Both the position numbers and the translations under genes were made by a program. The notes under the pieces were generated by a model, which saw nothing but the letters and a program-made list of their open reading frames with translations, had not been told where the DNA came from and ran no database searches. A stretch of DNA of 64,000 nucleotides from Halocafeteria seosinensis (lineage: Eukaryota), in contig LVLI01000128.1 in the NCBI GenBank assembly GCA_001687465.1, positions 1-64,000 of the forward strand. The letters are read 5' to 3'. Positions 25,256 to 36,386 of this stretch are shown here, piece by piece; the first letter of the stretch is position 1; each line of letters begins with the position of its first letter.

Positions 25256-26489
25256 AGCGATCGCACAAGAAGTAGTGAGTTCGGTGATGCTTATAATGTT
25301 GCTAGTGCAACAAAGTTTACAATGAATGCTTGTTTGAACTGCAAATAACGCCAACCAAACGGTGCATATTGCACAGCGATCATTAAGGAAGCAGAAGTGG
25401 TCGGTAACTCGGGTGTCACTGCCACGTTGCGAGCTTCCCTCTGCTCGGAACGCCCACCTCCCACAGAGTAAGAAATCCATGGCAAAGGAAAATCCACACT
25501 CTACCCAGCAATAGCTTTTTTGAAGTCGACAATCTCATGTAACCTTGCCTTCCCCATGACAAGCTTGCCCACCTCGTCCCCAGCTTGTGAAGTTGCGCGC
25601 CAAGGAACAGACACCCTCCTCTACCATTCCCCACAGCCCATGCAGGCAAACCTCACTCCATGATGTCATCCTTCTCACATGGATCAAACTGTGCTTAGCT
25701 TCCCCGGCTAATGCATTCACTTACGTGAATAGGAGGCATGTTGTTCTACGATTCACTATCGTCCCATTTGTCACCCTTTTTGTCGTTTCCCAGTCCCCTT
25801 TGGCTCCCCCCACGGAAACGAGAACAGTGTCCCTCTGGTTTCTGCGAACCCGCAATCCCATACTTAGGGGTCCTCTGTTGGTCCGAAATAGACGCTCTAC
25901 AGCGTATACCATAGCAGAGAGCTTCGGAGAAGAACCAATAAAGAGTCTCACAATTGTATACGAGCTCGAACTCCTCTAGGGACCGGCACAACTCGGTATT
26001 CCGGGAGGATAATCGGCGTGAGAACACCATGTTCAGACGGGGAGGAGAACATTACACAAAGCACACTTACATGAATCTCGAATAAGCAATGTTAGCTTCT
26101 TCGCCTTTCTGCTTTATTCGCTTTGACTTCTTTCTGGTGTTGTACTCGGTCATACAACAACAACACGAAACAATTCTGAACTTGATCTCAATCCCGCCCC
26201 TTCTTCAAGCAATCGTGGATGTTCCTGGCAATCTTTTCGTCGACTTAAATAAAGTGGAATTGTCGAAGTTAGCCAAGTGTCGGTTGCATCTCCGAGAGGA
26301 ACCAATCTCACACGTGTGTAAAGATTTGATGCTCTGCGATAGCAGAAAGGGTACAAGTTGGTATGCAACACCCGTTATAGCGGATTGCCCTCATACACCT
26401 TTTGGACGTAACCCACACAAGCTTGTACAGCGGCACAGTAAGAACTTGACCAACTACTGTAACGCACTGTTCATGAAGAGTCACTGAAC

Positions 26490-27122
26490 CGGGTGTGGAT
26501 TGGGCGGATGGTTCATCGTATATACCGCGGAAATACCAACTGAGTGTATATCTTCGAAGTCACGACTCGGCCGGGTTGGCCACGCAAAAGGATCTGCCGT
26601 CATGACGGAGATCGACGTACCGGTACAGTGTGCTCGTTGGGCCCTTTGCTACCAGGTCCATTACTGGCCGCGCCTCTCCTTCGTTTCGCGGGTCTACGAG
26701 CACCTCTCTCTCCACTGGCATTTGACTCATGCGGATGTAGTTCTCCAGTTCCACTGGTATCGACAGTGCCTAATCCGCTCACGGGAGACAGACTAGCCAG
26801 GAGGATCCCTCACCATCGCTGCAGAAGCGGAGAAATGAAGCGGAGAAAATACACGGAAATTATCCCGTTCGCGACAGAGGCGACGGGTGGTTTCGGGGAA
26901 GACGCAATCAAGTTCCTCAAGAGAATTGCCAGGAAAGCACCGGGCTCCCACTGGGGAACAAGGGAGATGCGGAATTTCCTCAAGCTGATGACGGCCAAAC
27001 TGCCAGTCACGGTAATGCGCCACAACGTGAAGATGTTGGACCGGTTCCGGATGGGGTTCACCCCTCGTAGCGTAGCCTGTAGCAGACATGTCTTCCGGTA
27101 GGAGCAATACCAATACACACAC
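26490..27122 (+). mobile_element. 3' relic of a non-LTR retrotransposon with restriction-like endonuclease (CRE/R2-group type), carrying an internal inversion
   Basis: A degenerate Zn-knuckle (IPTEC..GH..RHDG) is followed by an RP.DL..YVD segment on the opposite strand, then TVPNP..KRRKY..IPFATEATGGFGEDAIKFLKRIA. The stop at 27101 is followed by a caatacacacac tail. Confidence 0.8.
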
Positions 27123-27420
27123 AGGCCACCTTGATCTTCATCTCAGAGCAAAGATGCAGGGCATGCATGTATAGCATAGGCGTGTGAAAGTGCAGACCAG
27201 GAGCACTGGAATGCCTTCGCAGAGTTCTGTCATATTTGTGAAAATAGTCGCGTCGAAACATTACCAGAACAATATCACCGTTTGAGTGATTTGCTTGGAA
27301 GCCTTGGATTTGTTTGGAAACTCCACCACAGCTGTGAGGCAGAGCATTGAGGCATTTTTGCAAAGTGCAGTACACAGCAAGCAACCAGTTGAAGCGTGTA
27401 ACGCCTTGTAGACCAACTCG

Positions 27421-28914
27421 TCATCGCAAACAGTCGCGGACTGTTTTCTGGGCCAAGATGTAGCGCGTCGCTATTTCATTGCTGATAAATCGGACAACGT
27501 GGAACGTTGTGACTTCTGCATCATGGAACGCTCCAGTTCTGTTTATCTGTTTAACGCAGCTGCTAGTATTTCTTGATAGAATATTGCTTATTACTTCAAC
27601 CTTCTTTGTATTAGGTTTCCGCATAACTATTGGAGTCGCAGTGAACCATTGATCGTTGATCAATGCCTTTTCGAGGCCATTCTGCCACTTTGTAGTAGAC
27701 TGCAGGAAGGTATTGATGGTGTCCCGGCGTAAAAACTCAACTAATTTGCATATCGGGCGCGGCGAACGTTCCAGGACCGGGCATGCAGTCTGACCAAGAT
27801 TTGATGCAAATATTTTAACCGGGTACAACACCGTTTTGAGGTATCGGTCTTGGTCACACAGGTGTCTTTGATCATGGAAAGACCAAGCGCCGTTGTCAGC
27901 CGCCACTATTTTGTCACCCTCTCGGATCCAATTCTTAGCCATATGGCGGTCCGTATTAAGTAAGAAGTAATCCAGTAGCGTTAACCTGAACAGATCTTCC
28001 ATGAACCGTGTATCTTTCGTCGAGCACTTTGTTTTATACCACATGGCCGTATCGGACACGAACTTCTGAGAGCGCGTTAAGGCACCTGCAAACACTGTAT
28101 GGTTGTTATACTCGAACACGCATTTGCTCGATGTCGGTCCGTTTGAAAAGGCATATCGTGGAAGAACAATTCCGATTGTGGGGTAGGTAAGCTTGAACCC
28201 AAGCGCCTTATCTAGCTCGTGCCCGACTATTTCCGGCCATGCTTGTCTCCCCCAGAAGTAAGTCAGAGGAGGACGGCAGGATAGTTTGAAGTAGAAGTAG
28301 CCGCATCCTGGAATTAACAACCGACGTACATGATCGTTCATTTTCCCATCCACAATGAGCTTATCTTTCAGGTTGCTTGGGATGGACTTCGTTGATTCCA
28401 CTGAATCCATATACTCTGCAAGAAGCTTGCACTCCAAAGGATCGGTCCCTTGTGCTGACCTGTTTCTGCTGGTGGCTGCACCTAGCGCCGTTTTCGATTC
28501 CTTCACGGGACGGCTATCCTCTTCCTTGCTTCCTTTATTGGATTCGGGCGTCTCTCCCTTAGTGTATGAGGATGGTGGTTCTACTGGGTTCAACTTGCTC
28601 GCATTTCGTTCGCTTCCGTACCGAGTTGTAATTGTAGTTTCCTCGTGAGCGTCCTGGAGACTCTTCACGAAGACCGCAGTAGTGGTAGGCGATGATGGGA
28701 CTGTCTGTGGATAATCGGTGGAGGCAGTGCTGTCAATGGATCCAATGTCGACAGGTGCCACGTAGAATCCGGCACAGAAGGCGACAAGGAGTAGGCAGCA
28801 GACTCCCAGAATGTAACATACGCAGCGACGAGAGGGAGGAGCTAGCCACTCCACCGGGGTCGCTGTAGGACCTCCACCTGCACCCTTTTCACTTCTTCGA
28901 CAGCACTCGGCCAT
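27421..28914 (-). CDS. Type II membrane, FAM20/four-jointed-like secretory-pathway kinase, intronless
   Basis: N-terminal TM helix (YILGVCCLLLVAFCAGFYV) and an S/T/P-rich stalk. Kinase motifs: YFKL (Lys), WPEIVGHELDKALG, LDYFLLNTDRH (catalytic loop), IVAADNG (metal-binding). Confidence 0.75.
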   Translation of the reverse strand: MAECCRRSEKGAGGGPTATPVEWLAPPSRRCVCYILGVCCLLLVAFCAGFYVAPVDIGSIDSTASTDYPQTVPSSPTTTAVFVKSLQDAHEETTITTRYGSERNASKLNPVEPPSSYTKGETPESNKGSKEEDSRPVKESKTALGAATSRNRSAQGTDPLECKLLAEYMDSVESTKSIPSNLKDKLIVDGKMNDHVRRLLIPGCGYFYFKLSCRPPLTYFWGRQAWPEIVGHELDKALGFKLTYPTIGIVLPRYAFSNGPTSSKCVFEYNNHTVFAGALTRSQKFVSDTAMWYKTKCSTKDTRFMEDLFRLTLLDYFLLNTDRHMAKNWIREGDKIVAADNGAWSFHDQRHLCDQDRYLKTVLYPVKIFASNLGQTACPVLERSPRPICKLVEFLRRDTINTFLQSTTKWQNGLEKALINDQWFTATPIVMRKPNTKKVEVISNILSRNTSSCVKQINRTGAFHDAEVTTFHVVRFISNEIATRYILAQKTVRDCLR

Positions 28915-29344
28915 GCCGCAATAGCACTAGCACTAGTACCACCACTATTGTATGATGCTAGCCAATCAAGACATTCTCGAATAGCTTCACTAAAGCTAAC
29001 TCAGGGAGGGGCCCGTCCCCTGTTCCATTCCCATGGGATGCGGAGTCCAGTGTTCCCGCACCCAGTGGTCACAAATTAAGATAAATAGCCAAATAACATA
29101 AATGAGCTCTTGACTCGGTTTATTCAACAGTATTCGAGTATGCACCGTTTGTTGAACGGCTGTGCATAGCAGCGACGATTCTTTAGACGAAGTACCGGGT
29201 CTTGACATGATGGGTACTGGAGTATTCGGCTATGCAACTACTGGTTCAATTTCCTTGGGTTTGTTCTTCACTTCAAAGGTGACACGTAGGACAAATACTA
29301 GCGAGCTGCGTCTGTAATGGTTGACTGAGAACAAAAGAGCATGT

Positions 29345-30660
29345 TCACATACTTTGCTTTCCCCAAGTGCCGAAAAGCATTATCTGTAATACATTGTAGC
29401 TGATTGATGGCAACCACGATCGCCGCTTGATTACAGCTCGCAAATCTTTATCAATCTTAAGAATTTTATATCGCATATTTTCGAATGCGGCACCTGTTAT
29501 GGTGGTCTGTTCACAAAGGCACGTATCCAGAGACTTTAGGGAGGACAAACTTCGGAGACTTATCGGTAACTGCAGCCTGGACTCCTAAGAGACAGAGAGG
29601 TCAATTGCAGGAGGTGCTCAAAAGTGCTATAAGTGATCGTCGGTCGGGAGGATACCGACAAGCTATCCAAGGTCGAGATGACGAAAAGCTGAATCACCAA
29701 TCTCCGGATCATAACACTCGTACACCTCCAAGCAGTGCAAATGGGGTACAGTAGGTGTTGAAGAAAACGTATTTCATTAGATCGCACAGTGATCAATTGG
29801 CACTTGCTCATGTTCAAGTACAACTGGTACAGTAGTAGCATGTGTAATTTATGGTGTACCGGCTGAATATTCAAATGGATCACGACTGCATCCATGCACC
29901 GTGAAGACAGACAAGCCTACAGTACCACCTATCCTTATTGGTAAATAGCTCGAATCTCCACAAAAGGACTGCGTCACAACCATCAAGTTTAGTCCAATTC
30001 CGTTCATCAGAATTCTTACCGAAGCTTCCCATGTGGGTTAAATAATGGTGAATGTTTGTCAGTTCCTCCGTCCGTTGATGTCGTTTCATGATGCGTTGAT
30101 TTGCTTCCCAAGTCGAGAGTTTCTCAGTGTCCAGCTCCTGCTCCTGCTCCTCCAACTGTGCTTTCTTCCAATAGCCCCCACTCTTAAGCGGCCCGTTTCT
30201 ATCCAATCCAGTACAATTCCGTTCATCAGAATTCTTACCGAAGCTTCCCACGTGGGTTAAATAATGGCGGGTGCCTTTCAGCAATAGTTCCTCCGTCCGT
30301 TCATATCGTTTCATGATGCGTTGATTCGCTTCCCAAGTCGAGAGTTTGCTCCTGCTCCTGCTTGCTTTCTTCCAATAGCTCCCACTCTTAAGCGTCGCAC
30401 CGGTATGTCAATCTCGATAGGTGCCGAAAAGCTCGATCATTGAAGGGAAATGCGCCACATTCTTGTAGTTTTTAAACTCTTGACTCTCGAAATGTACGGA
30501 AAGACACCATCGGTGATATACAACGAGGTGTTTCGATATAAATCCACATACCCAGTTTCCAAAGGCTCATCGAAAGCGTTAAGATTCCACCTCCAGTCAA
30601 GCACAATTTACGACATTTTATACAATAACCAGCGCTAATCACTTTGAGATGTCCCTAAAA
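29345..30660 (-). pseudogene. Degraded leucine-rich-repeat gene
   Basis: Frameshifted LRR units on the minus strand: DLYRNTSLYITDGVFPYISRVKSLK/LQECGAFPFNDRAFRHLSRLT, ITYSTFEHLLQLTSLSL and LSSLKSLDTCLCEQTTITGAAFENM. Confidence 0.6.
29995..30394. repeat. Diverged direct tandem duplication, unit ~205-220 bp
   Basis: cgttcatcagaattcttaccgaagcttccca at 30001 and 30220. tcgtttcatgatgcgttgatt.gcttcccaagtcgagagttt occurs in both copies. ctttcttccaatagc.cccactcttaagcg at 30161 and 30365. Confidence 0.9.
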
Positions 30661-31143
30661 TTCGGGTAGGGATCTCATAACTAGACTGTCGTTGCATCTA
30701 GGATATCTCTATTGGCGGCGTTTGCCTCCTGGCAACATGAGACCATGTACTCGACCGAACGTTGTCGGGAGTATCTCCTTTAATATCGATCCGCATCTGG
30801 TAGGTCTATCTTTCGGCTATACCAGCGGAGGTACACTTTCAGCAACTCCTCCTCCACTTGTTTGCTCTTCACTCGCTACTCTCTGTTCCAATAACATGCT
30901 ACCATTTCAGGGAGACGTACCCAAACTCAATAGACAAGTCACACAGGTACCCAACAACTTCGAAAAAAACTTTCGTAGACATGAAATGTTACAATAGATA
31001 ACACGGTGGAATACAAATTCAAATAGGTTCACATTAACACTAAGTAACAATCATCTGCGATAGCCATCGATTGAATAATGGGTCCCCCCATTAACTACAG
31101 GAAGCAAAATTACGCAGGGCGTACCACATATGCGGAAACCAGC

Positions 31144-34100
31144 CTAAGGCTTGGAAAATACGAACAGACATGCGATTCCCGAAAACGCAGCCACTGCTAC
31201 GGGTAGGAACGGGAAAGAAAGCGCAGCTACGTAATTCGACACTGCATGAGAAACGTGCATTAAGGCAACGAACGGTAAAAGCAGCATAAAACCCAAGGCC
31301 GACAGCGCACCACTGAAGTAGCTCTCTGACTTCTCTAGCCATGTTGCCTGGCTCATAGACAAACTCGTTGTTACATGTACGTCCGCATTACCCGGATACA
31401 AAAGCAGCTGGCCAAACTTCTGTAGCTGACAAAGCGCTTTCCCAGCAGCTACGGCCGCTTTCTCGATACACTGTACTGAGTATAAGTTGACGGAGCTCTG
31501 TTTCAGACCAAATAACCTTATATTGAGGAAGTACTGAATCGCCCCTGTACCTGCGGTCTGGAAAAAAGCTACCCAACTTGCTTGAGAAGATCCAATCGAA
31601 GTTCCCCAGTTCCATGATCGTATCTGTGAGGAAGCTTCAAGTCCCATGCCCAAACTCCAGTCGACGGGAGGTAGAAGATCTACAAGAGGGTCCCACCCGA
31701 GGGTCTTCCAAAACAACAATGTTTTTTGTATCGTAGCAGGGCCATTATCTGCAGAATGAGCGGCTATTACTGACTTAAATAAATTTTTAGAGGCTGTTTG
31801 CCACGGAAGGCAGTTACACGTGTAACGACGGAGTTGTATCTCCAACCTCTCTGCAGGAAGAATCCTCCTCCAATTTAACTGAGAAGTCGCGTCAAGCAAG
31901 GCAGATTCGGTGACGCGCGGAAGATAGTTTCCCTCCTTTGATCGAGCCCACCATCGCTGATCTTTAGTGCCATTAAGGAACCGCAGGGTTTCATTATTCA
32001 TACCACAGACAACTTCCTGTTCACTTATACATGTGACTGGAGGGAGTCGTCGGTTCCAAGGAGTGAGCTCTGAGTCGATCCTCGTAAAGTCATAGATGAA
32101 CTTATCGGCCTTGATAGATCTCGGAGGCTTCGGAAACGCTGACGTGATTTCGGCGTTACCCAGAGTGGTTGTGCGATTTTCCCAACCAAATGGCCACTTG
32201 AAGTTAGCTCTCTCTTCATTCGGGTGCGACAGGAGTCGAATAACATCGGGGCTCCCTTGAAGTACCTTAAGAGCTAGGTGGATAAGCCAAGGTGCTGATT
32301 GATAGGACCCAAGAGCTGCGAACCACATCTGCCAATCCACTCGAGGTTGATGCGGTATAACCCAAGGAGGCGACTCTCTCGTCCATTGTGGCTTATAGTA
32401 AAACGGCAGCGCCGACCAGGTTATCCCATCATTGGAGCCGCTAATCTCAACCTCTGGCCTCGCGACTATTGAAACAGGTTCATTCCAAATATCGTACCAG
32501 GGGTTGGATCCCGACAGACGAGTATCTGTGGGTGCATTACTAAGGCGTAAGTATTCTTCCCAGCGCGATTCCATCGAAGTACCGGCTTTTGAAACGTCCT
32601 TCGGCTGGTGCGCAACACCAGTCATCCGGCGAAACAAACCATACCCACTCGAAATATGCCAGTTGAAACTACCCTGGAGGCTCTTTTTCACAACACTAGG
32701 AGCACGCTTCAGCAATGTTGGTTGCCGCAAAGTGTAAATGTGGCCTGTTGCAGCACCTAGATATATTCCACCCAAGAGAAAGCCCCAAAAAATGCGGATT
32801 CCCTGGGAGAATCTTCGCTTGGTCGAATTATGGCGGCGACAACTATGGATGCCGCAAGCTTGGGAGACGTAGAAGAGAAACGAGATTAGAACCATCAATG
32901 TGATGAAAGATACAACATGAGGCAATACGATATCCAGCTGACGATTGATGTCAAACGATGGGTCCCAAGATAGTTTCCAGCCATAGAATTGCCACCAGTA
33001 CAAAGGCAATGAACCGTCGCCGAAAGGAACCCATCGGAACATTTTATATGTTGCCACGGACAGGAAACCGAAGGAGGCGATACTCAGGAGACGATTAAAC
33101 ATCACGTTGGAGTCTAAAGCGTGAAGAAACATTGACAACGAGTGAACCACTCCCTTATGCTCTAGCTGTCGCGTATCCAGAGTATTGCCGGCATCGCGGG
33201 GAGAAAGTTTAGGGGTTGACCGCCAGCAGGCTACAGCCAGGATAATTGTCAAAATGTTGAAAAAGTTATAATTGCCGGAGACAATTATCGCCATCTGTAG
33301 CAGTATTTGCAGAATAGCACCAATCCTCAGCGGTGTTGCGAAAGGAGACAGCAACAGTAGGGGCGCAGGAAGTTCAATTACAAACATCGCTGCAGTAAAC
33401 AGAGAGTGCATGGAAGGCGGGATTTGTGCTAAGTACCACGCAGCAGGTGTGGGAATACACTGAGTCGCAAAATGATACTCTGTGGCCGATAATTGATTCC
33501 AAGTTGGACAATGCGCTTGCAATTTAACAGCTCCACTCATCACCATAAGCTTTACCAGAGCGAATCGGAGGAGCCACTGGACCGGTAGAAAGAAGCCGGT
33601 ATTGACGTATCCTTCCCACAACTTGCTCGAAGTATAATCCGAGGGTTTCCGGTAAGTAGCGGTGGTCCTTTGATCCGGCTGCATGACGCGCTTACAATGA
33701 TAACCGATCTTCGAGGGTGAAAAGGCGAAGGGTGAGTACAGTATCCCCAAGAACCCAACTTCGAGGAGTAGTATATCCCATTGGAACGATAAAAAGACTT
33801 GGTCAATTTGATAGATAGACAAGTAGGATATCCATGCTACCAGGAGCATACATCCACACCCTCCTTGTAATGTGGACAGTACTGCAGCTAGAATGCCCAA
33901 AATACAAAGACCGGCGGCCATAATATCGGGCGGAATTCCGAGGTAGGGACTGAACCACAACAAGCTGGGCATATGTTTAATCACGGACCAAGTCTTCCAT
34001 TTCATTGCCGCTTCCACAGGGCCTTGATCAAGGAGTAATTCAGAAGTGCCACCAAAGTTTGAGAGTTGTGTTTCGAATGGGCTAAGCCCATCTGTGCCAT

Positions 34101-34332
34101 ATAATCCATATATCTGAGGGAATAAACTAGCAAATGCAAACACAAAGCAGAGACTCAGCATCGTAGCAAAGCCGTGCGTCGCCATGAATTCCCCGAGAGC
34201 TCGTACACAGCCGTAGGACTCTTCTATACTGAGATCTGCAGCTGCATTTGTCCCCTTCCCTCCTGCATCGTGGCTCATGGCGCCTCGTTCTTCACGCACC
34301 ATGGAGGCGCCGGCTGCTGCTTTCTTAGTCAT
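31144..34332 (-). CDS. Lipase maturation factor (LMF1/2 family), 1062 aa single ORF
   Basis: Motifs: FASLFPQIYGLYGTDGLSP, FLSFQWDILLLEVGFL, LMVMSGAVKL, YHFATQCIPTPAAW, SGNYNFFNILT, SGYGLFRRMTG, PHQPRVDWQMWFAALG. Confidence 0.93.
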   Translation of the reverse strand: MTKKAAAGASMVREERGAMSHDAGGKGTNAAADLSIEESYGCVRALGEFMATHGFATMLSLCFVFAFASLFPQIYGLYGTDGLSPFETQLSNFGGTSELLLDQGPVEAAMKWKTWSVIKHMPSLLWFSPYLGIPPDIMAAGLCILGILAAVLSTLQGGCGCMLLVAWISYLSIYQIDQVFLSFQWDILLLEVGFLGILYSPFAFSPSKIGYHCKRVMQPDQRTTATYRKPSDYTSSKLWEGYVNTGFFLPVQWLLRFALVKLMVMSGAVKLQAHCPTWNQLSATEYHFATQCIPTPAAWYLAQIPPSMHSLFTAAMFVIELPAPLLLLSPFATPLRIGAILQILLQMAIIVSGNYNFFNILTIILAVACWRSTPKLSPRDAGNTLDTRQLEHKGVVHSLSMFLHALDSNVMFNRLLSIASFGFLSVATYKMFRWVPFGDGSLPLYWWQFYGWKLSWDPSFDINRQLDIVLPHVVSFITLMVLISFLFYVSQACGIHSCRRHNSTKRRFSQGIRIFWGFLLGGIYLGAATGHIYTLRQPTLLKRAPSVVKKSLQGSFNWHISSGYGLFRRMTGVAHQPKDVSKAGTSMESRWEEYLRLSNAPTDTRLSGSNPWYDIWNEPVSIVARPEVEISGSNDGITWSALPFYYKPQWTRESPPWVIPHQPRVDWQMWFAALGSYQSAPWLIHLALKVLQGSPDVIRLLSHPNEERANFKWPFGWENRTTTLGNAEITSAFPKPPRSIKADKFIYDFTRIDSELTPWNRRLPPVTCISEQEVVCGMNNETLRFLNGTKDQRWWARSKEGNYLPRVTESALLDATSQLNWRRILPAERLEIQLRRYTCNCLPWQTASKNLFKSVIAAHSADNGPATIQKTLLFWKTLGWDPLVDLLPPVDWSLGMGLEASSQIRSWNWGTSIGSSQASWVAFFQTAGTGAIQYFLNIRLFGLKQSSVNLYSVQCIEKAAVAAGKALCQLQKFGQLLLYPGNADVHVTTSLSMSQATWLEKSESYFSGALSALGFMLLLPFVALMHVSHAVSNYVAALSFPFLPVAVAAFSGIACLFVFSKP

Positions 34333-36386
34333 TTCCCCAAGCGACGAAACACACTATCAAAGAGACACTGTATAAAAATGAATCACTACACGTCTTGTCT
34401 CTACATTTGTTCATCGAACCAATACAACAGTGTTACAGTCGTACGTGGTGTCATCGCGTCGCTGAGCGCACCACCCTGCCCATTTGAATTGTGAAATCAG
34501 TGCGGCAAACAAAGTCCCAAGAGCTGGAAAGTGGTACAACCGCTCCCTGTTTCTCTAAGGATACGCATAGAACGTGCTTGGAGTATAGTTTGACGATATG
34601 AACGTCAGCCTCAGAGTGAATTTTATTAGAATGTAATGATGCAGGGGAACATGTTTTGGAAGTCAACAACTGAAGCCAAGCGTGCTGACTCAGCCTGACT
34701 GACGCTACACGTTGTCACTGGAGAGTTGGATTGGAGCGAGTGAATCATAAGAAAAAAAAAATACGGCCACGCAATTACCGTTAGGACTGATTACCGGTGA
34801 TAAAGTTGCAGTTGCCGTTGAGAACCCCATGGATGACCCATGGAGAAGTTCCAGGAGAACCTTGGAAATACCGTAGGTACTGTACAACAGAGACCAACCG
34901 CTGGTAACACAACAGCGTAACTACTTCATACAAATTCAATTGAAATGCCCAGACTCTCTGTCTGTCTGCGAACGACAGCCAATTTCAGTCTGCAGACTGG
35001 AAGCAAACCCTAGTCACTCTTTTTGTTCCCGCTATATTGTGACCATGTTTTCCCCTTTTTGGATTTCCTTTTGGAGCCACTCGGCCAATTCCGGTTCTCC
35101 CAGTCCCGGGGTGTGTACAGTATTTTGGTATTGCTCCTGTCCTACCCTGGAGGGCCTGGACCCTAACGTTAGGACCCAGGGTGTTCTCTTGTACAGAAAC
35201 CCTTGGAACAGTTATGGAAACAGGAAAGTGAGCACACAGAAGAATGTCCCTCATCATAAGCTTTATGAAATTCCATGCTTTCGCTTCCTCTCAGCACCTA
35301 CAAGTTGTAGGCTACAACAACGAGTCACGAGACGAGCGCGTGAGGATTCTGCTCAGCCTGCAGGCATCCTTGATTCTTACTCCCAGGGTCCCGCCCACTC
35401 ACTGAAAAGAAAACTCCACAAAATTACCTTTCTTCGAAACCCTATTTGGTGCCCTCCAGTTAGACAGCCTGTTCTACAATCAATGATAGCGTGTCAGTTG
35501 AGTTCAAGCGTTTAGCGCTGATTCTCGTGATGGGTCAAGAGCAAGGCGTCAAAGTTTCCTTCTACTTTGCCGGATGGTCAGAATACCGCGCTCTTTTCTT
35601 GGGTGCCCCGTATAAGCATTTCCACCGGAGGAGAATACTTAAAAACAAAAAGCATTGGTAGCGAATTCATAGCACATTGCTATAGATGGTATTTTGGTCG
35701 TCAATAGCGGGTATACGACGCGTGGATTGGAGTGTAAATTTGTTTCACACCAGAGGGCTTGGAGGGGGAAAAGTAACGCCTCGTTTTGGTTGCAGGACCG
35801 TATTCATACCGCTGTAAGCTGGTATAGAAGCTGAATATAAGCGTAAAATGGCCATAATCTTCCGAATGTGGCCTTGTTACCTTCGTATGGACAAGGGAAC
35901 AGTCATAATTGGCGGGTAATCTGTACTTCACGCCGTCCAGGAAACACTCAGATGTAAGTTCCATTTCCTCTACACTCCCTAATAACAGGTCTTGATACGC
36001 GCTTTCAAGGGATATGAAAGGCACTCATATGTGCATATGATCTGGTGGAAAGGGTGGAGAGTTTGCTCGTGTGGAGGGATGAGTTTCAACAGCACCTGTG
36101 AGGTGTCCGCTCCCCGCCTGGTACTGATGCTCTCTATGCCATGTATGAAAGCATATACGGCGATATAGAATAGGCCAGAACGCGTTATATCTTTGTAGGA
36201 TATAGATCTACCGTAAGGGAGCAGAGGAAGGGACCGGTCTCCTTCCGTAGAGACTGAAATATAGTGTCGGTTAATCCCTTTTTCTCCATACCAGCCAAGA
36301 TGCGACCTCGATTACTGATAACGTATGCTCTACTCTTTTGTTTTGGCGAACGCAGATCCGAAACGAACACTACACTTCTCGCCCGT

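Noticed and set aside
25256..25480. N-terminal 75 aa of the 636-aa ORF as part of the methyltransferase or a targeting peptide
   Set aside because: It is Cys-rich, shows no similarity to GSMT and looks like open 5' UTR. The downstream ATGs fit the homologous start better, though this is not excluded without transcripts.
34400..36200. ORFs 34940-35515 and 35701-36024 as genes
   Set aside because: No motifs recognised and no convincing exon chain; left unassigned.
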